DNA of 64,000 nucleotides from Patescibacteria group bacterium (lineage in GTDB: Bacteria; Patescibacteriota; Patescibacteriia; S139-126; S139-133), in the NCBI GenBank assembly GCA_049604715.1, contig JBMYTV010000003.1:4228-68227 (forward strand). The letters run 5' to 3'. The notes under the pieces are model-generated. The model was not told the origin of the DNA and made no database searches. It worked only from the letters and a program-made list of their open reading frames with translations. Both the position numbers and the translations under genes were made by a program. Below, piece by piece: positions 28,060-36,842 of the stretch; within the stretch, counting starts at the first letter, position 1; each line of letters starts with the position of its first letter.

Positions 28060-29283
28060 TTATATAACTCCACATATGTATAAACTATATTCACTCTCTA
28101 AATTCTTGAGCTTCACCGTAAAATCGTACGGGATGTTCTCCACGCCAGATGACGGAATCGTCCATTGGTAGATGGATACTGCACCAGTTCCGTTGCCAGA
28201 ACCACCACTTCCGCCTATACCCGCTATTGTCATCAAAGCGGTATTACTAGCGATCTTTGTGCTACCTAACCACACCTCTACAACACCGGGCGTATTTGAA
28301 TAATAGCTGGGCACATACTTCATATACCCATGATCAAAATACTGGTATGTGTTTCCATCTAACTCATTAAACTCTTCATCGCTGGTTGGCGCACCAAGAT
28401 CGGTAGGTCCGAAATACTGACCACCTGTTTTGTCAGAAAGGTTCATGTAAAAATCACGAAAACCTTCTTTCAAAAGAAATGCTTCAGTACCAGCAGAATT
28501 CAGCATAATAGCCGTGTGGCCATCATAGAATCCAGTATTGTCTCCATAAAAATCCTGGAGGGTGATACCGGACCAGTCGTGGACGAAGTATCCACCGCCG
28601 TTGTCGTGAGCGTGGCCAATATTACTGAGTAATCTGTGTTTTTCTCGAAAGAACTGAGAAGGCTTGTCATGATTCTGATCATGCCAAACTGCTTCATTAT
28701 TTTCCCAAAAAAAACCAACATTTGGATATGGCGACTCACTCTCTAACCAAGCTACAGGATCGACAAAAGAGTTAGTAGATGGGGAATCTGAACAAGGCAT
28801 TCTGCCCCATGGACTGTTGGGAATGACTTCACCAGACACAACACCAAAGTGAAGGTGGTTGCCTGATGGCCAATACCCTATTGATCCAATCGCTTCTCCA
28901 GCGTACACTAAATCATTTTCTTGCAGAGTTGACTCAACATGACCGTAAAATGAAAGAAAATACTCCGAGGTACCTTCCAGGCGATGTTTAACAATCAAAG
29001 CAACATTACCACCGCCCCAACCATTTGTACTCACCAAAAGAACAACACCATCGGCTACAGCGTATACGGAACTACCCAAGGCAGTTTCATAATCATGTCC
29101 GATATGGTATTCATCAGGAAAATAGCCCGTACCACCATTACAGCCACTAGCCAACCAACCTGCAAAATTTCCCAAACTACTACTACCTGTAGGATAATAA
29201 CAACCCGTCGCTGAATGCTGCATACTTTGTGACCAACAAAAACAAGACCAAAAAAATACTAGCGTTATTACAAACCGTTTCAT
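28060..29283 (-). CDS. Secreted M23 (LytM-type) metallopeptidase with C-terminal domain duplicated from the giant protein
   Basis: Signal peptide MKRFVITLVFFWSCFCWSQS. M23 motifs HIGHDYE...HLHFGV. The C-terminal ~180 aa are identical, at the nucleotide level too, to residues ~230-410 of the 1532-aa protein. Confidence 0.75.
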   Translation of the reverse strand: MKRFVITLVFFWSCFCWSQSMQHSATGCYYPTGSSSLGNFAGWLASGCNGGTGYFPDEYHIGHDYETALGSSVYAVADGVVLLVSTNGWGGGNVALIVKHRLEGTSEYFLSFYGHVESTLQENDLVYAGEAIGSIGYWPSGNHLHFGVVSGEVIPNSPWGRMPCSDSPSTNSFVDPVAWLESESPYPNVGFFWENNEAVWHDQNHDKPSQFFREKHRLLSNIGHAHDNGGGYFVHDWSGITLQDFYGDNTGFYDGHTAIMLNSAGTEAFLLKEGFRDFYMNLSDKTGGQYFGPTDLGAPTSDEEFNELDGNTYQYFDHGYMKYVPSYYSNTPGVVEVWLGSTKIASNTALMTIAGIGGSGGSGNGTGAVSIYQWTIPSSGVENIPYDFTVKLKNLESEYSLYICGVI

Positions 29284-29404
29284 TGCTGTCTCCTTCCTCT
29301 AACGAGGATATTTGATTATAAATGAACTTCTTAACCAACTTATTTGTTGTTGGTACAAGTAGAAAAAAGTATTGTTTCTACCTAATCAACAACAAATCAA
29401 TGTT

Positions 29405-29995
29405 TTAATATACTATTTTCTCGTTTTCAAAATTTAAAGTAAGTAATATCCTATCATATACAGCTAACAAATCATCTTCAATGGCTGCTACTGCGAAATT
29501 TAAGGTATAGCCATTACGATTGATGAGTGTTTCGAGTCCTCCTGTTGTGGATCCACGTAATGCATTTAGCTCCCCAATCTTTACATCAAAACTATCTTGG
29601 TACACTTTTCTATTACCCTTCCAAGTTTGAACCCATATTTTCTGTAAACTTTCTGTATCATACTCATATACCGCTACTGACAACGAGTATGTTTCAGTCC
29701 CTTCTAAATAACGCCTTTTCTCAGTCTCGTAAAAACGTATAATTCCAGGATTATTTCTTCCAATCTCCCACCCCTCAGGATACTTGAACTCAAAACCATA
29801 CTCTTCATTCCGATACGTTTGCCAGTCTGATGTGTCAATGTCAGACGTGATCAACTCTTTGTCATCTTGAGTTTGGGTTGTAGATTGTTGCTCACTTAGC
29901 TGTCCACTATTCCCAACATACCAAACATACCCAGCACTTCCGGCTGCAAAAATGACAAGAATTATAATTGCATAAATAAGTATTTTTTTATTCAT
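29405..29995 (-). CDS. Small N-terminally anchored secreted protein, paralog family member B
   Basis: MNKKILIYAIIILVIFAAGS anchor plus SDIDTSDWQTYRNEEYGFEFKYPEGWE. Confidence 0.7.
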   Translation of the reverse strand: MNKKILIYAIIILVIFAAGSAGYVWYVGNSGQLSEQQSTTQTQDDKELITSDIDTSDWQTYRNEEYGFEFKYPEGWEIGRNNPGIIRFYETEKRRYLEGTETYSLSVAVYEYDTESLQKIWVQTWKGNRKVYQDSFDVKIGELNALRGSTTGGLETLINRNGYTLNFAVAAIEDDLLAVYDRILLTLNFENEKIVY

Positions 29996-30143
29996 ATTTT
30001 TATAATAATGTTACTATATATACCTTTATTGTAACGAATAAAAACATATATAGTAATATTAGCGTTTCATGACTACCTCCGTTGATGTAAAGGAACCTTC
30101 TTGATCTTATGACCAAGCTATTCTTGTCTGGTCACAAAACTAA

Positions 30144-30755
30144 TTAATCGATTTTAAATGTACTCATAACAGCATCTAGGTAACCGCTATTTCTAGTATG
30201 TAATGGCGCTTGAATATTAATCGTTTCAGAATCACTAAACTGAATACAATAACTACTGTAACCTGGAAACTTATATTGAGTTGAACCACCTATCGAAATG
30301 TTTTGATCTAATTCGTAGTAATAGTATCTTCTCCCATACAACTCTCCTTTCCTTTCATTTTTTACTTTACTCTGTAAATCCATATAATAATCACCCCCTA
30401 AGCTAAATAAGCTATCTATACACGCTTCGAAAGACGGGAGACTTACTTCGATAACATAAACATCATCCTCTAAATAATCCCCGATAATTATTTCATTTAA
30501 AGTACCATTCGAGTAACTCAAATCTACCTCCCACCCCTCCGGATACATAAACTCAAACCCATACTCCTCATTCCGATACGTCTGCCAATCTGATGTGTCT
30601 ATATCAGATGTGATCTCCTTAACATTATCTTGAGTTGTTGTTTGTCCTATATCACTTGGCTGTCCATTATTCCCAATATACCAAAGATACCCTACAGCCA
30701 AACCTGAGAGGATGATGATATTGAGAAGTAAAAATAAAAATATTTTTTTATTCAT
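30144..30755 (-). CDS. Small N-terminally anchored secreted protein, paralog family member C
   Basis: The likely start is the internal MNKKIFLFLLLNIIILSG, since the track's upstream Met extension is unlikely. Conserved block SDIDTSDWQTYRNEEYGFEFMYPEGWE. Confidence 0.65.
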   Translation of the reverse strand: MNKKIFLFLLLNIIILSGLAVGYLWYIGNNGQPSDIGQTTTQDNVKEITSDIDTSDWQTYRNEEYGFEFMYPEGWEVDLSYSNGTLNEIIIGDYLEDDVYVIEVSLPSFEACIDSLFSLGGDYYMDLQSKVKNERKGELYGRRYYYYELDQNISIGGSTQYKFPGYSSYCIQFSDSETINIQAPLHTRNSGYLDAVMSTFKID

Positions 30756-30995
30756 GGTATTAGTAAAAATAGTTAACTTTAGCACGAGTATTGCGAGCGT
30801 GAAGCTGCTTGCATGCAATAATGCTCAAACAATAATGACCATTACTAATTCCATGATATAAGACAAATGATAAAGTTTGTTTCATACCTTTTTGAATACT
30901 CGTTATACTCTCTCCACAAACATAACTAGTATACCAAAGATATTTGGTCTGAAGGCCCCGCCCATGCTCTATGACAAAAGCGGGGCTTGCAGGTT

Positions 30996-31217
30996 CTATC
31001 CAATGTCAATAAGTGCCACGCGTACAGATCTTCCATTTGGCAAATCAACTTGTGCACTTGAACCAAGCTCGAGTGAAAGCAGTGCCTGTGCTATTGGCGT
31101 CTCTGATGAAATCTGGCCGCAAGCCGGATTTGATTGGCGAGAATCTACTACTGTAAACTCTGCCACTGTACCATCAAGTAGTACTTTATAGCGTTTTTGT
31201 GGATTTACTTTCCGCAT
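30996..31217 (-). CDS. Stand-alone GreA/GreB C-terminal (FKBP-like) domain protein
   Basis: ISSETPIAQALLSLELGSSAQVDLPNGRSVRVALIDI parallels the GreA C-terminal domain (ISxxSPLAxALLGKxxGDxVEV..PxG...YEIxxI). Only 73 aa, with no N-terminal coiled-coil. Confidence 0.5.
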   Translation of the reverse strand: MRKVNPQKRYKVLLDGTVAEFTVVDSRQSNPACGQISSETPIAQALLSLELGSSAQVDLPNGRSVRVALIDIG

Positions 31218-31343
31218 AAACTAATTGCTTTTTTGGTAGCTTCAGACCCCCTCCTCCTGCAATGTTAGCTAAAAACATCTTTTAAATATTGTCAAACTAA
31301 AATGGCAAATCTGTCCATGTTTTCTGTGGATAACTTTTTTTTA

Positions 31344-31372
31344 TTGACAAATTAGCTAAAAAAAAGTATGAT
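31344..31372 (+). promoter_or_regulatory. Sigma70-type promoter of TrmB-family regulator gene
   Basis: TTGACA at 31344-31349, a 17-nt spacer, and TATGAT at 31367-31372, ~28 nt before ATG 31400. Confidence 0.5.
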
Positions 31373-31399
31373 TTTGTTGTAGCGTTTATTGGACAAAAT

Positions 31400-32152
31400 A
31401 TGAAAAATACTACCCTACTTCGTAAAATAGGCCTTAATGATACAGCAATTGCTATATACCTGTATTTACTTGAGCAAAAAAAAGCCACTATCTTAGATGT
31501 TTCCCGCGCAACCAAAGTTGCGCGTACCAGTGTGTACAATAATATTGAGCTACTCAAAGAGTGGAACCTAGTTGGTGAGGCTATTGAAGGGACGAAAAAG
31601 TATTTGTATGCAGAGTCACCAAGCAATTTGGTGAATGCCGTGCGTATGAAAGAAAAAATAGCCCAACAAGCTGCTGAGCTACTACTACCAACCTTTGAGA
31701 AAGATCGGTATGAATCAAAGATTCAGTTTGGATATGGTGAGGAGGGGTTTAGGAAATTTGCCTATGATATGTTGGAAAGCGGCGAAAAAGATGTGAGGCA
31801 AATCATTAATAGCAAGTCATTATTTACCTACTCAAACAATAAGTTTTTACAAAAACACTGGGATGAAAGAAAAAAAAGAGGCATTGCTGTCAAAATACTA
31901 ATGAAATCTTCAGATAAAAAATTTATCTCCGCCGATACTAATACAATAAAAAACATAGAATATTTAAGGCAAATCAAATTCTTACCTACACAAATTACAA
32001 TTGACACTTCCTTTATTATCTATGGCGACTACATTACTTTCTTTGCACCACCTGAGGAAGGCTATGTTTTTAGATTTCAAAGTAATAGCTTTGTGTCGAC
32101 TATAAAAAGTATATTTGACTACTTATGGGATGTCTCGGAAGAATTTGAATAG
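31400..32152 (+). CDS. TrmB-family wHTH transcriptional regulator
   Basis: N-terminal LGLNDTAIAIYLYLLEQKKATILDVSRATKVARTSVYNNIELLKEWNLV is the TrmB-type winged helix. Confidence 0.65.
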   Translation: MKNTTLLRKIGLNDTAIAIYLYLLEQKKATILDVSRATKVARTSVYNNIELLKEWNLVGEAIEGTKKYLYAESPSNLVNAVRMKEKIAQQAAELLLPTFEKDRYESKIQFGYGEEGFRKFAYDMLESGEKDVRQIINSKSLFTYSNNKFLQKHWDERKKRGIAVKILMKSSDKKFISADTNTIKNIEYLRQIKFLPTQITIDTSFIIYGDYITFFAPPEEGYVFRFQSNSFVSTIKSIFDYLWDVSEEFE

Positions 32153-32154
32153 CG

Positions 32155-32811
32155 TTAACACCCAAAAACAATTTTACCTGAGTGGCCGGTACAAATTACT
32201 TTTGGGTTTAAGCTAACCATTTTTTCATAACTTTGTTGTAATTTTTTAGAATCTGCAGCTATAATTGATGGCGAAGGAGCTACTCTACCGTCTTTCTCTA
32301 CTATTAAATCCCCTGAGAACAAAATACTCTTTTTTTGTAAATAAAATGAAAGGTGACCATCACAGTGACCCGGTGTTGAGTACACGTGGATGCCCCCGCA
32401 GTAATCTATATAGTCATTATCAGTTACTATATTCTCTATTTTTATACTCGGCACTGAGTAAAAGTAGATAACCCTTAACAACCCATTTAACCGACCATAG
32501 TGTTCAGGCATCTCACGATGAAGTAGATAGGAGCATGTTTCCTCACTAGCAAATATAACAGGATTACATCTTCTTAATATATGGACTAGCCCACCTACAT
32601 GATCCCCATCTGCATGAGTAAGCAAAATAGACTTAATGTCTTTATATTCCTTCCCTATGGTATTTAAACATTTATTTATTCTATATTTTGAAAATTGCCT
32701 CAACCCAGTATCTACAAAAACTATTTTTCCATCATTATCTTTTAACAAGTAGAACGCTCCATTTGATACAATACACCCCCACACGTTCTCCTCAATTTGA
32801 ATAAACTTCAT
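32155..32811 (-). CDS. Metallo-beta-lactamase fold hydrolase
   Basis: LLTHADGDHVGG (HxHxDH), later YSTPGHCDGH and CTGHSG metal ligands. Confidence 0.8.
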   Translation of the reverse strand: MKFIQIEENVWGCIVSNGAFYLLKDNDGKIVFVDTGLRQFSKYRINKCLNTIGKEYKDIKSILLTHADGDHVGGLVHILRRCNPVIFASEETCSYLLHREMPEHYGRLNGLLRVIYFYSVPSIKIENIVTDNDYIDYCGGIHVYSTPGHCDGHLSFYLQKKSILFSGDLIVEKDGRVAPSPSIIAADSKKLQQSYEKMVSLNPKVICTGHSGKIVFGC

Positions 32812-32823
32812 ATAAACAATTCT

Positions 32824-33915
32824 TTAATAAACCACCTCAACGCTTTCTGGAACCACCTCTACCCATACATTTCCTGGCACAAAAGACATTTCATTCCCTT
32901 CATTATCATAAAATCGCGTAGGCAAGTCCTGCTCTTCTTTTTTCCAGGTTCCCTTTACTACCCGTCCATTCATAAAGAATACTGCCTCCCCATTTCCTAT
33001 AATCTCAAGGGCAATGCGCAGATCAGCATCAAGCACATCTTCTGGTGGCACCCTTTGGATAACAACATTATCAATGCCAATTACCTTGCCATTGTAAGCA
33101 TCTACCTGCGGCTCATCAACGCGCAAGCGCATATATGCACCCTGGTCTTCATTCCACACATAAGTTGCGTCATAAGTGCGTTTATCAGAATAATCTATCA
33201 AAATCTCCTCAACTTCAGTTGGGGCTGGTTTTGGCTTTTCAAACAAAAAGCTAAAGTGTGACACATCAAGGTGCTCCTCATTAAAAAGTCCTCGCTCAAG
33301 CAGAGCCTCACGTATATCAGGAGCTGTAGTAAAAGTACTATGAGGTGCTATATATCTATCATCACGATAAAAATAAAGCGGACCATAGCTAGTCATTTCA
33401 TTGAGATTATCTACTGCTCCAGCTTGAAGTAAAGCCAATGCATCAGGAGAACCACCAACATGCACAAGTAGAGCATCATACTCTGCTGCCCATGGGATAT
33501 AATACGGCCTGACTGACCTCACTGGACCAATCACAGCATCAGACGCAACTGACAAATCAAACACAGCCATAAAACGCGTAGTCCCACCCTCAACAAGTGT
33601 TGAATAAACAACAGGCGCAAATGAAAGCCCATACTGATGATCCCATACCTCAAAGTGATTATCTATCATCACTGCTACAGGATGACTTGGGAATGTAGCA
33701 GTAAATTCAGAATCATCAAAAAACCACTGCCTATTTTCAGTATCAGTGTTCGGAGTTAGTGCATCATCAAGACTACCTGGGTTGGCATTAAAGTACTGAA
33801 TAAGAGAACTAACCACCACAAGTAGTATACCCGCGACAACAAGCAGAAAACCTACAAGCAATTGCCAGTAGGTACGTCTAGGTGGTTGCTCTGATGATAT
33901 AACCTTTTTAACCAT
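32824..33915 (-). CDS. Membrane-anchored hypothetical protein (possibly DUF3048/YerB-like)
   Basis: N-terminal TM helix. A weak resemblance to DUF3048 (…RPYYIPWAAEYDALLVHVGGSPDAL…). Confidence 0.35.
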   Translation of the reverse strand: MVKKVISSEQPPRRTYWQLLVGFLLVVAGILLVVVSSLIQYFNANPGSLDDALTPNTDTENRQWFFDDSEFTATFPSHPVAVMIDNHFEVWDHQYGLSFAPVVYSTLVEGGTTRFMAVFDLSVASDAVIGPVRSVRPYYIPWAAEYDALLVHVGGSPDALALLQAGAVDNLNEMTSYGPLYFYRDDRYIAPHSTFTTAPDIREALLERGLFNEEHLDVSHFSFLFEKPKPAPTEVEEILIDYSDKRTYDATYVWNEDQGAYMRLRVDEPQVDAYNGKVIGIDNVVIQRVPPEDVLDADLRIALEIIGNGEAVFFMNGRVVKGTWKKEEQDLPTRFYDNEGNEMSFVPGNVWVEVVPESVEVVY

Positions 33916-33918
33916 GTC

Positions 33919-34446
33919 TTACTGGAATCTAAAGATAGTAAAACCGTTTGGTGCTTCGCTAATAAAGTCTCGTTCCGGACAATCGCCAGAGCCATGCCCT
34001 TCTTGAATTGTTTCAAAGTTAAATATTTGAAAAACAACAAATGCGCGCGTGCAGCCAAACGAACCTCGCGGAAAACTCTGATACCGGTAATAATACACAT
34101 TATCATTAACTGGATCTGCTGGATGACCACTCAAAAGCCCTTCCTTAACCAGCTCAGCCATAAATTGCTGAGGATGACCTTCTGGTTCAATAGTTGTATC
34201 CCATCCACCATAATCTGAGTCAATCGTATCTGGATATTTTCCAAACCGATCATAGTACAAATCCATTGCTTTGACAATATCTTGTACATCTGACTGCCGT
34301 GTTGCATCCCGAGCCTTAGCCTGAATGTCATCAAAGCTAGAAAAAAAGATAATAGCAATACAAGCTACAATAACTATTGCGAAGCTTTTTTGTAATTTTG
34401 ATGTTCGTTTTCGTCCATCTCCCATAAATATCTTGGTTATTTCCAA
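33919..34446 (-). CDS. Type IV pilin-like (pseudopilin-fold) membrane protein, non-canonical N-terminus
   Basis: Hydrophobic helix followed by AKARDATRQSDVQDIVKAMDLYYDRFGKYP, the pilin-domain A.ARD..R.SD...I..A...YY...G.YP signature. No G/FTLIE prepilin site. Confidence 0.45.
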   Translation of the reverse strand: MEITKIFMGDGRKRTSKLQKSFAIVIVACIAIIFFSSFDDIQAKARDATRQSDVQDIVKAMDLYYDRFGKYPDTIDSDYGGWDTTIEPEGHPQQFMAELVKEGLLSGHPADPVNDNVYYYRYQSFPRGSFGCTRAFVVFQIFNFETIQEGHGSGDCPERDFISEAPNGFTIFRFQ

Positions 34447-34889
34447 TCTCGAGCACCAGTGCTATATAACTCAAACCATTCTGAGCTAGCACCACCATCT
34501 TGCTCCATACTAAAATTATTTTTTTCTAGTGCCGCTCTGAGCTTAAACTCTTGCCCATCAGAGCGATAATTATAACATCCTTTCTTTGGCTCATCTGGCT
34601 CCAAACCTGCAAGTGGATCTTGCGGAAGTGTTACTAGCCATGGCACCAGCGCCTCAAACAATCCTTCTATATCAGAAAAACACGTAAACTGATTTATAGT
34701 TGGATACGTCTCATACAATTCATAATGATAATGCAGCATGGTCTGCATTTGCTTGAGATCAGCTAGTCTGCGTAAATCTCGCTCTCGTGACTGCCTGCCT
34801 TGCAAAAGTACAACAATAACAATGGTTAATAGAATAACTACTATAATCCAAAACCATGGTATGTGGGGACGTTTTTTATGGAATAACAT
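34437..34889 (-). CDS. Type IV pilin-like membrane protein, non-canonical N-terminus
   Basis: TM helix followed by RERDLRRLADLKQMQTMLHYHYELYETYP, the same pilin-fold signature. It overlaps its downstream neighbour by 10 nt. Confidence 0.4.
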   Translation of the reverse strand: MLFHKKRPHIPWFWIIVVILLTIVIVVLLQGRQSRERDLRRLADLKQMQTMLHYHYELYETYPTINQFTCFSDIEGLFEALVPWLVTLPQDPLAGLEPDEPKKGCYNYRSDGQEFKLRAALEKNNFSMEQDGGASSEWFELYSTGARDWK

Positions 34890-34974
34890 ATGTATTATTA
34901 TACCACAAAATAAAATTCACCCACAATAAAACCCCTTCCAAATATATGAAAGGGGTTTTGTAAAAAATGTAAGA

Positions 34975-35658
34975 TTATTCTTTCTTTTCTTCAGCTTCTG
35001 ATGTCTCGCCTTCTGGCTTTGCCTCACCTTCTGCTTGTTCACCTTCTGCTTGTTCACCTTCTGCTGTTTCTTCAGATGGTTTTTCAATCTCTTCAACTTT
35101 ACGTGGCTCAGATACATTAAGTACTGATACAGTAGAGTCATTTAATACTTCAATTCCTTCGGGAAGCTTAAGGTCGCTAACCAATACAGAAGAAGTAAAG
35201 TCTACCAAGTTTGAAACATCTACCTCAATCTGTGCTACCAAATCACCAGGCAAACAAGATACTTCAACACTATCAAGATGTTTCACCATAATACCACCAA
35301 GCTCTTTAACTGCTGGCGCAACACCAACAAATGAAAGTGGAATCTCAGTAGTCAATTTCTGGTTCATATCAATCTTATATAGATCAGCATGAATAATGTG
35401 ATCTTTTACAGGATGACGCTGAATGTCCTTAATAAGTACTTTACCAACATCCTTGCCATCAATTTTCAAATCAATAAGCGCACTCTCACCAGCTTCTGAA
35501 GCAACGCGAGAAAATGGCTGTGCACCAGCAACTATGTGTAAGTTTTCTTCACCACGTCCATACAATACAAGTGGTACATTTTTCTGCTCGCGAACCTTAG
35601 TAGCATCAATACTTGTATCTCGGGTGGTTGTTTCTAATGAGTATGTTTGTCCTGTCAT
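34975..35658 (-). CDS. rplY: 50S ribosomal protein L25 / general stress protein Ctc form, acidic repeat tail
   Basis: MTGQTYSLETTTRDTS...VPLVLYGRGEENLHIVAGAQPF L25 N-domain, a Ctc-type C-domain, and a C-terminal AEGEQAEGEQAEGE repeat. The likely start is the internal Met. Confidence 0.8.
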   Translation of the reverse strand: MTGQTYSLETTTRDTSIDATKVREQKNVPLVLYGRGEENLHIVAGAQPFSRVASEAGESALIDLKIDGKDVGKVLIKDIQRHPVKDHIIHADLYKIDMNQKLTTEIPLSFVGVAPAVKELGGIMVKHLDSVEVSCLPGDLVAQIEVDVSNLVDFTSSVLVSDLKLPEGIEVLNDSTVSVLNVSEPRKVEEIEKPSEETAEGEQAEGEQAEGEAKPEGETSEAEEKKE

Positions 35659-35735
35659 ACGGGTATCTTTAGTAAAAAAATAACAAACTGCCAATCAGTA
35701 TGCTCATTCGATTGTAACTAATTTTACAAAATTCG

Positions 35736-36842
35736 TCAAGTCGCTCGCTGATACCGGATGTAGATACTTTGTACTAATCCTAGCGCAATAAGTACAGACC
35801 ATAAAGAGCTACCACCCTGACTAACCAGTGGTAAAGGAATTCCAGTCACAGGAAATAGACTAATATTCATAGCTATATTCATATATGTTTGGATAGTCAC
35901 AAAGGCCATAACACCAATAACTACATAAAATCCAAATGGCTCGCGTATTCTCCGGGCTATTCTAAGCATCCGATAAAGCAGCACTGCGTATAGCAAAATC
36001 AGTACTACAGCCCCAACAAAACCAAGCTCTTCAGCAATCACTGAAAAAATAAAGTCAGTTCTATTTTCTGGCAAAAAACTAAGCTGAGACTGAGGCCCAA
36101 GTCCAAGCCCTCTCCCAAACAGCTCACCAGAACCCACAGCTGTTAAAGCCTGGTTGATATTATACCCCTGCCCCAAAGGATCACGTTCAGGATCCAAAAA
36201 TGTTGTCAGACGAGCTTTTTGATAGTCTGCCATAAATTGCCAACCAATCACTGCCAAAACCAGCATCACCCCAGCAAGCAGTGCTAGCTGTTTACGTTGA
36301 ATCTTTGTAAAAAATAACATAGTCGCCCAAATAACACCCACTATAAATGCACTACCTAAGTCAGGTTGAATAAATAGCAACAGCAAGAGTGGCGCAATGA
36401 GGCCAATACTTACCCCTATATATCGCCACTGATTCATAAACTGATGGTATTGGGCAAAAAATTGCGCAAAAAACAAAATCATCAAAACTTTTACAAACTC
36501 AACTGGCTGAATACTAACAGGACCAATCACAAACCAACCACGCACACCTCGAATCTCAACCCCAAACGCAATCACCAGTATAAGCAACAACACCCCAAGT
36601 ATATACACGTACCAGTTGTATGAAGAAAAATGTATATAGTGCATCGACACCATCATACTAAACAATCCAATACCCACCACAAAAAAGATCAGTTGCTTAT
36701 AAAAAGTTACCAACCCCTCACCTGTGTTTGCATCCAGACTATATAGAATAATAAGTCCGTATGTCACCAGAAGCAATGAACTGGCAATCATAAGCCAGTC
36801 CAGTTTTGTTATGGTCTTTTGCCTAAAAAGTCGAAAAGGCAT
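35736..36842 (-). CDS. SEDS-family peptidoglycan glycosyltransferase (RodA/FtsW)
   Basis: About 10 TM helices. GSGELFGRGLGLGPQSQLSFLPENRTDFIFSVIAEELGFVGA is the SEDS signature. Confidence 0.85.
   Translation of the reverse strand: MPFRLFRQKTITKLDWLMIASSLLLVTYGLIILYSLDANTGEGLVTFYKQLIFFVVGIGLFSMMVSMHYIHFSSYNWYVYILGVLLLILVIAFGVEIRGVRGWFVIGPVSIQPVEFVKVLMILFFAQFFAQYHQFMNQWRYIGVSIGLIAPLLLLLFIQPDLGSAFIVGVIWATMLFFTKIQRKQLALLAGVMLVLAVIGWQFMADYQKARLTTFLDPERDPLGQGYNINQALTAVGSGELFGRGLGLGPQSQLSFLPENRTDFIFSVIAEELGFVGAVVLILLYAVLLYRMLRIARRIREPFGFYVVIGVMAFVTIQTYMNIAMNISLFPVTGIPLPLVSQGGSSLWSVLIALGLVQSIYIRYQRAT

Noticed and set aside
26050-28620. Repeated ~540-nt sequence considered as a CRISPR or IS element
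   Set aside because: There are only two copies. Both are in-frame coding sequence for the same protein domain, and there are no short spacer/repeat periodicity or transposase features. I read it as a gene-segment duplication or conversion (or an assembly artefact), not a CRISPR or mobile element.
30956-30990. GC-rich inverted repeat gccccgc...gcggggc downstream of the GreA-like ORF as a terminator
   Set aside because: The loop is ~18 nt and there is no U-tract on either strand. It is too weak to call an intrinsic terminator.
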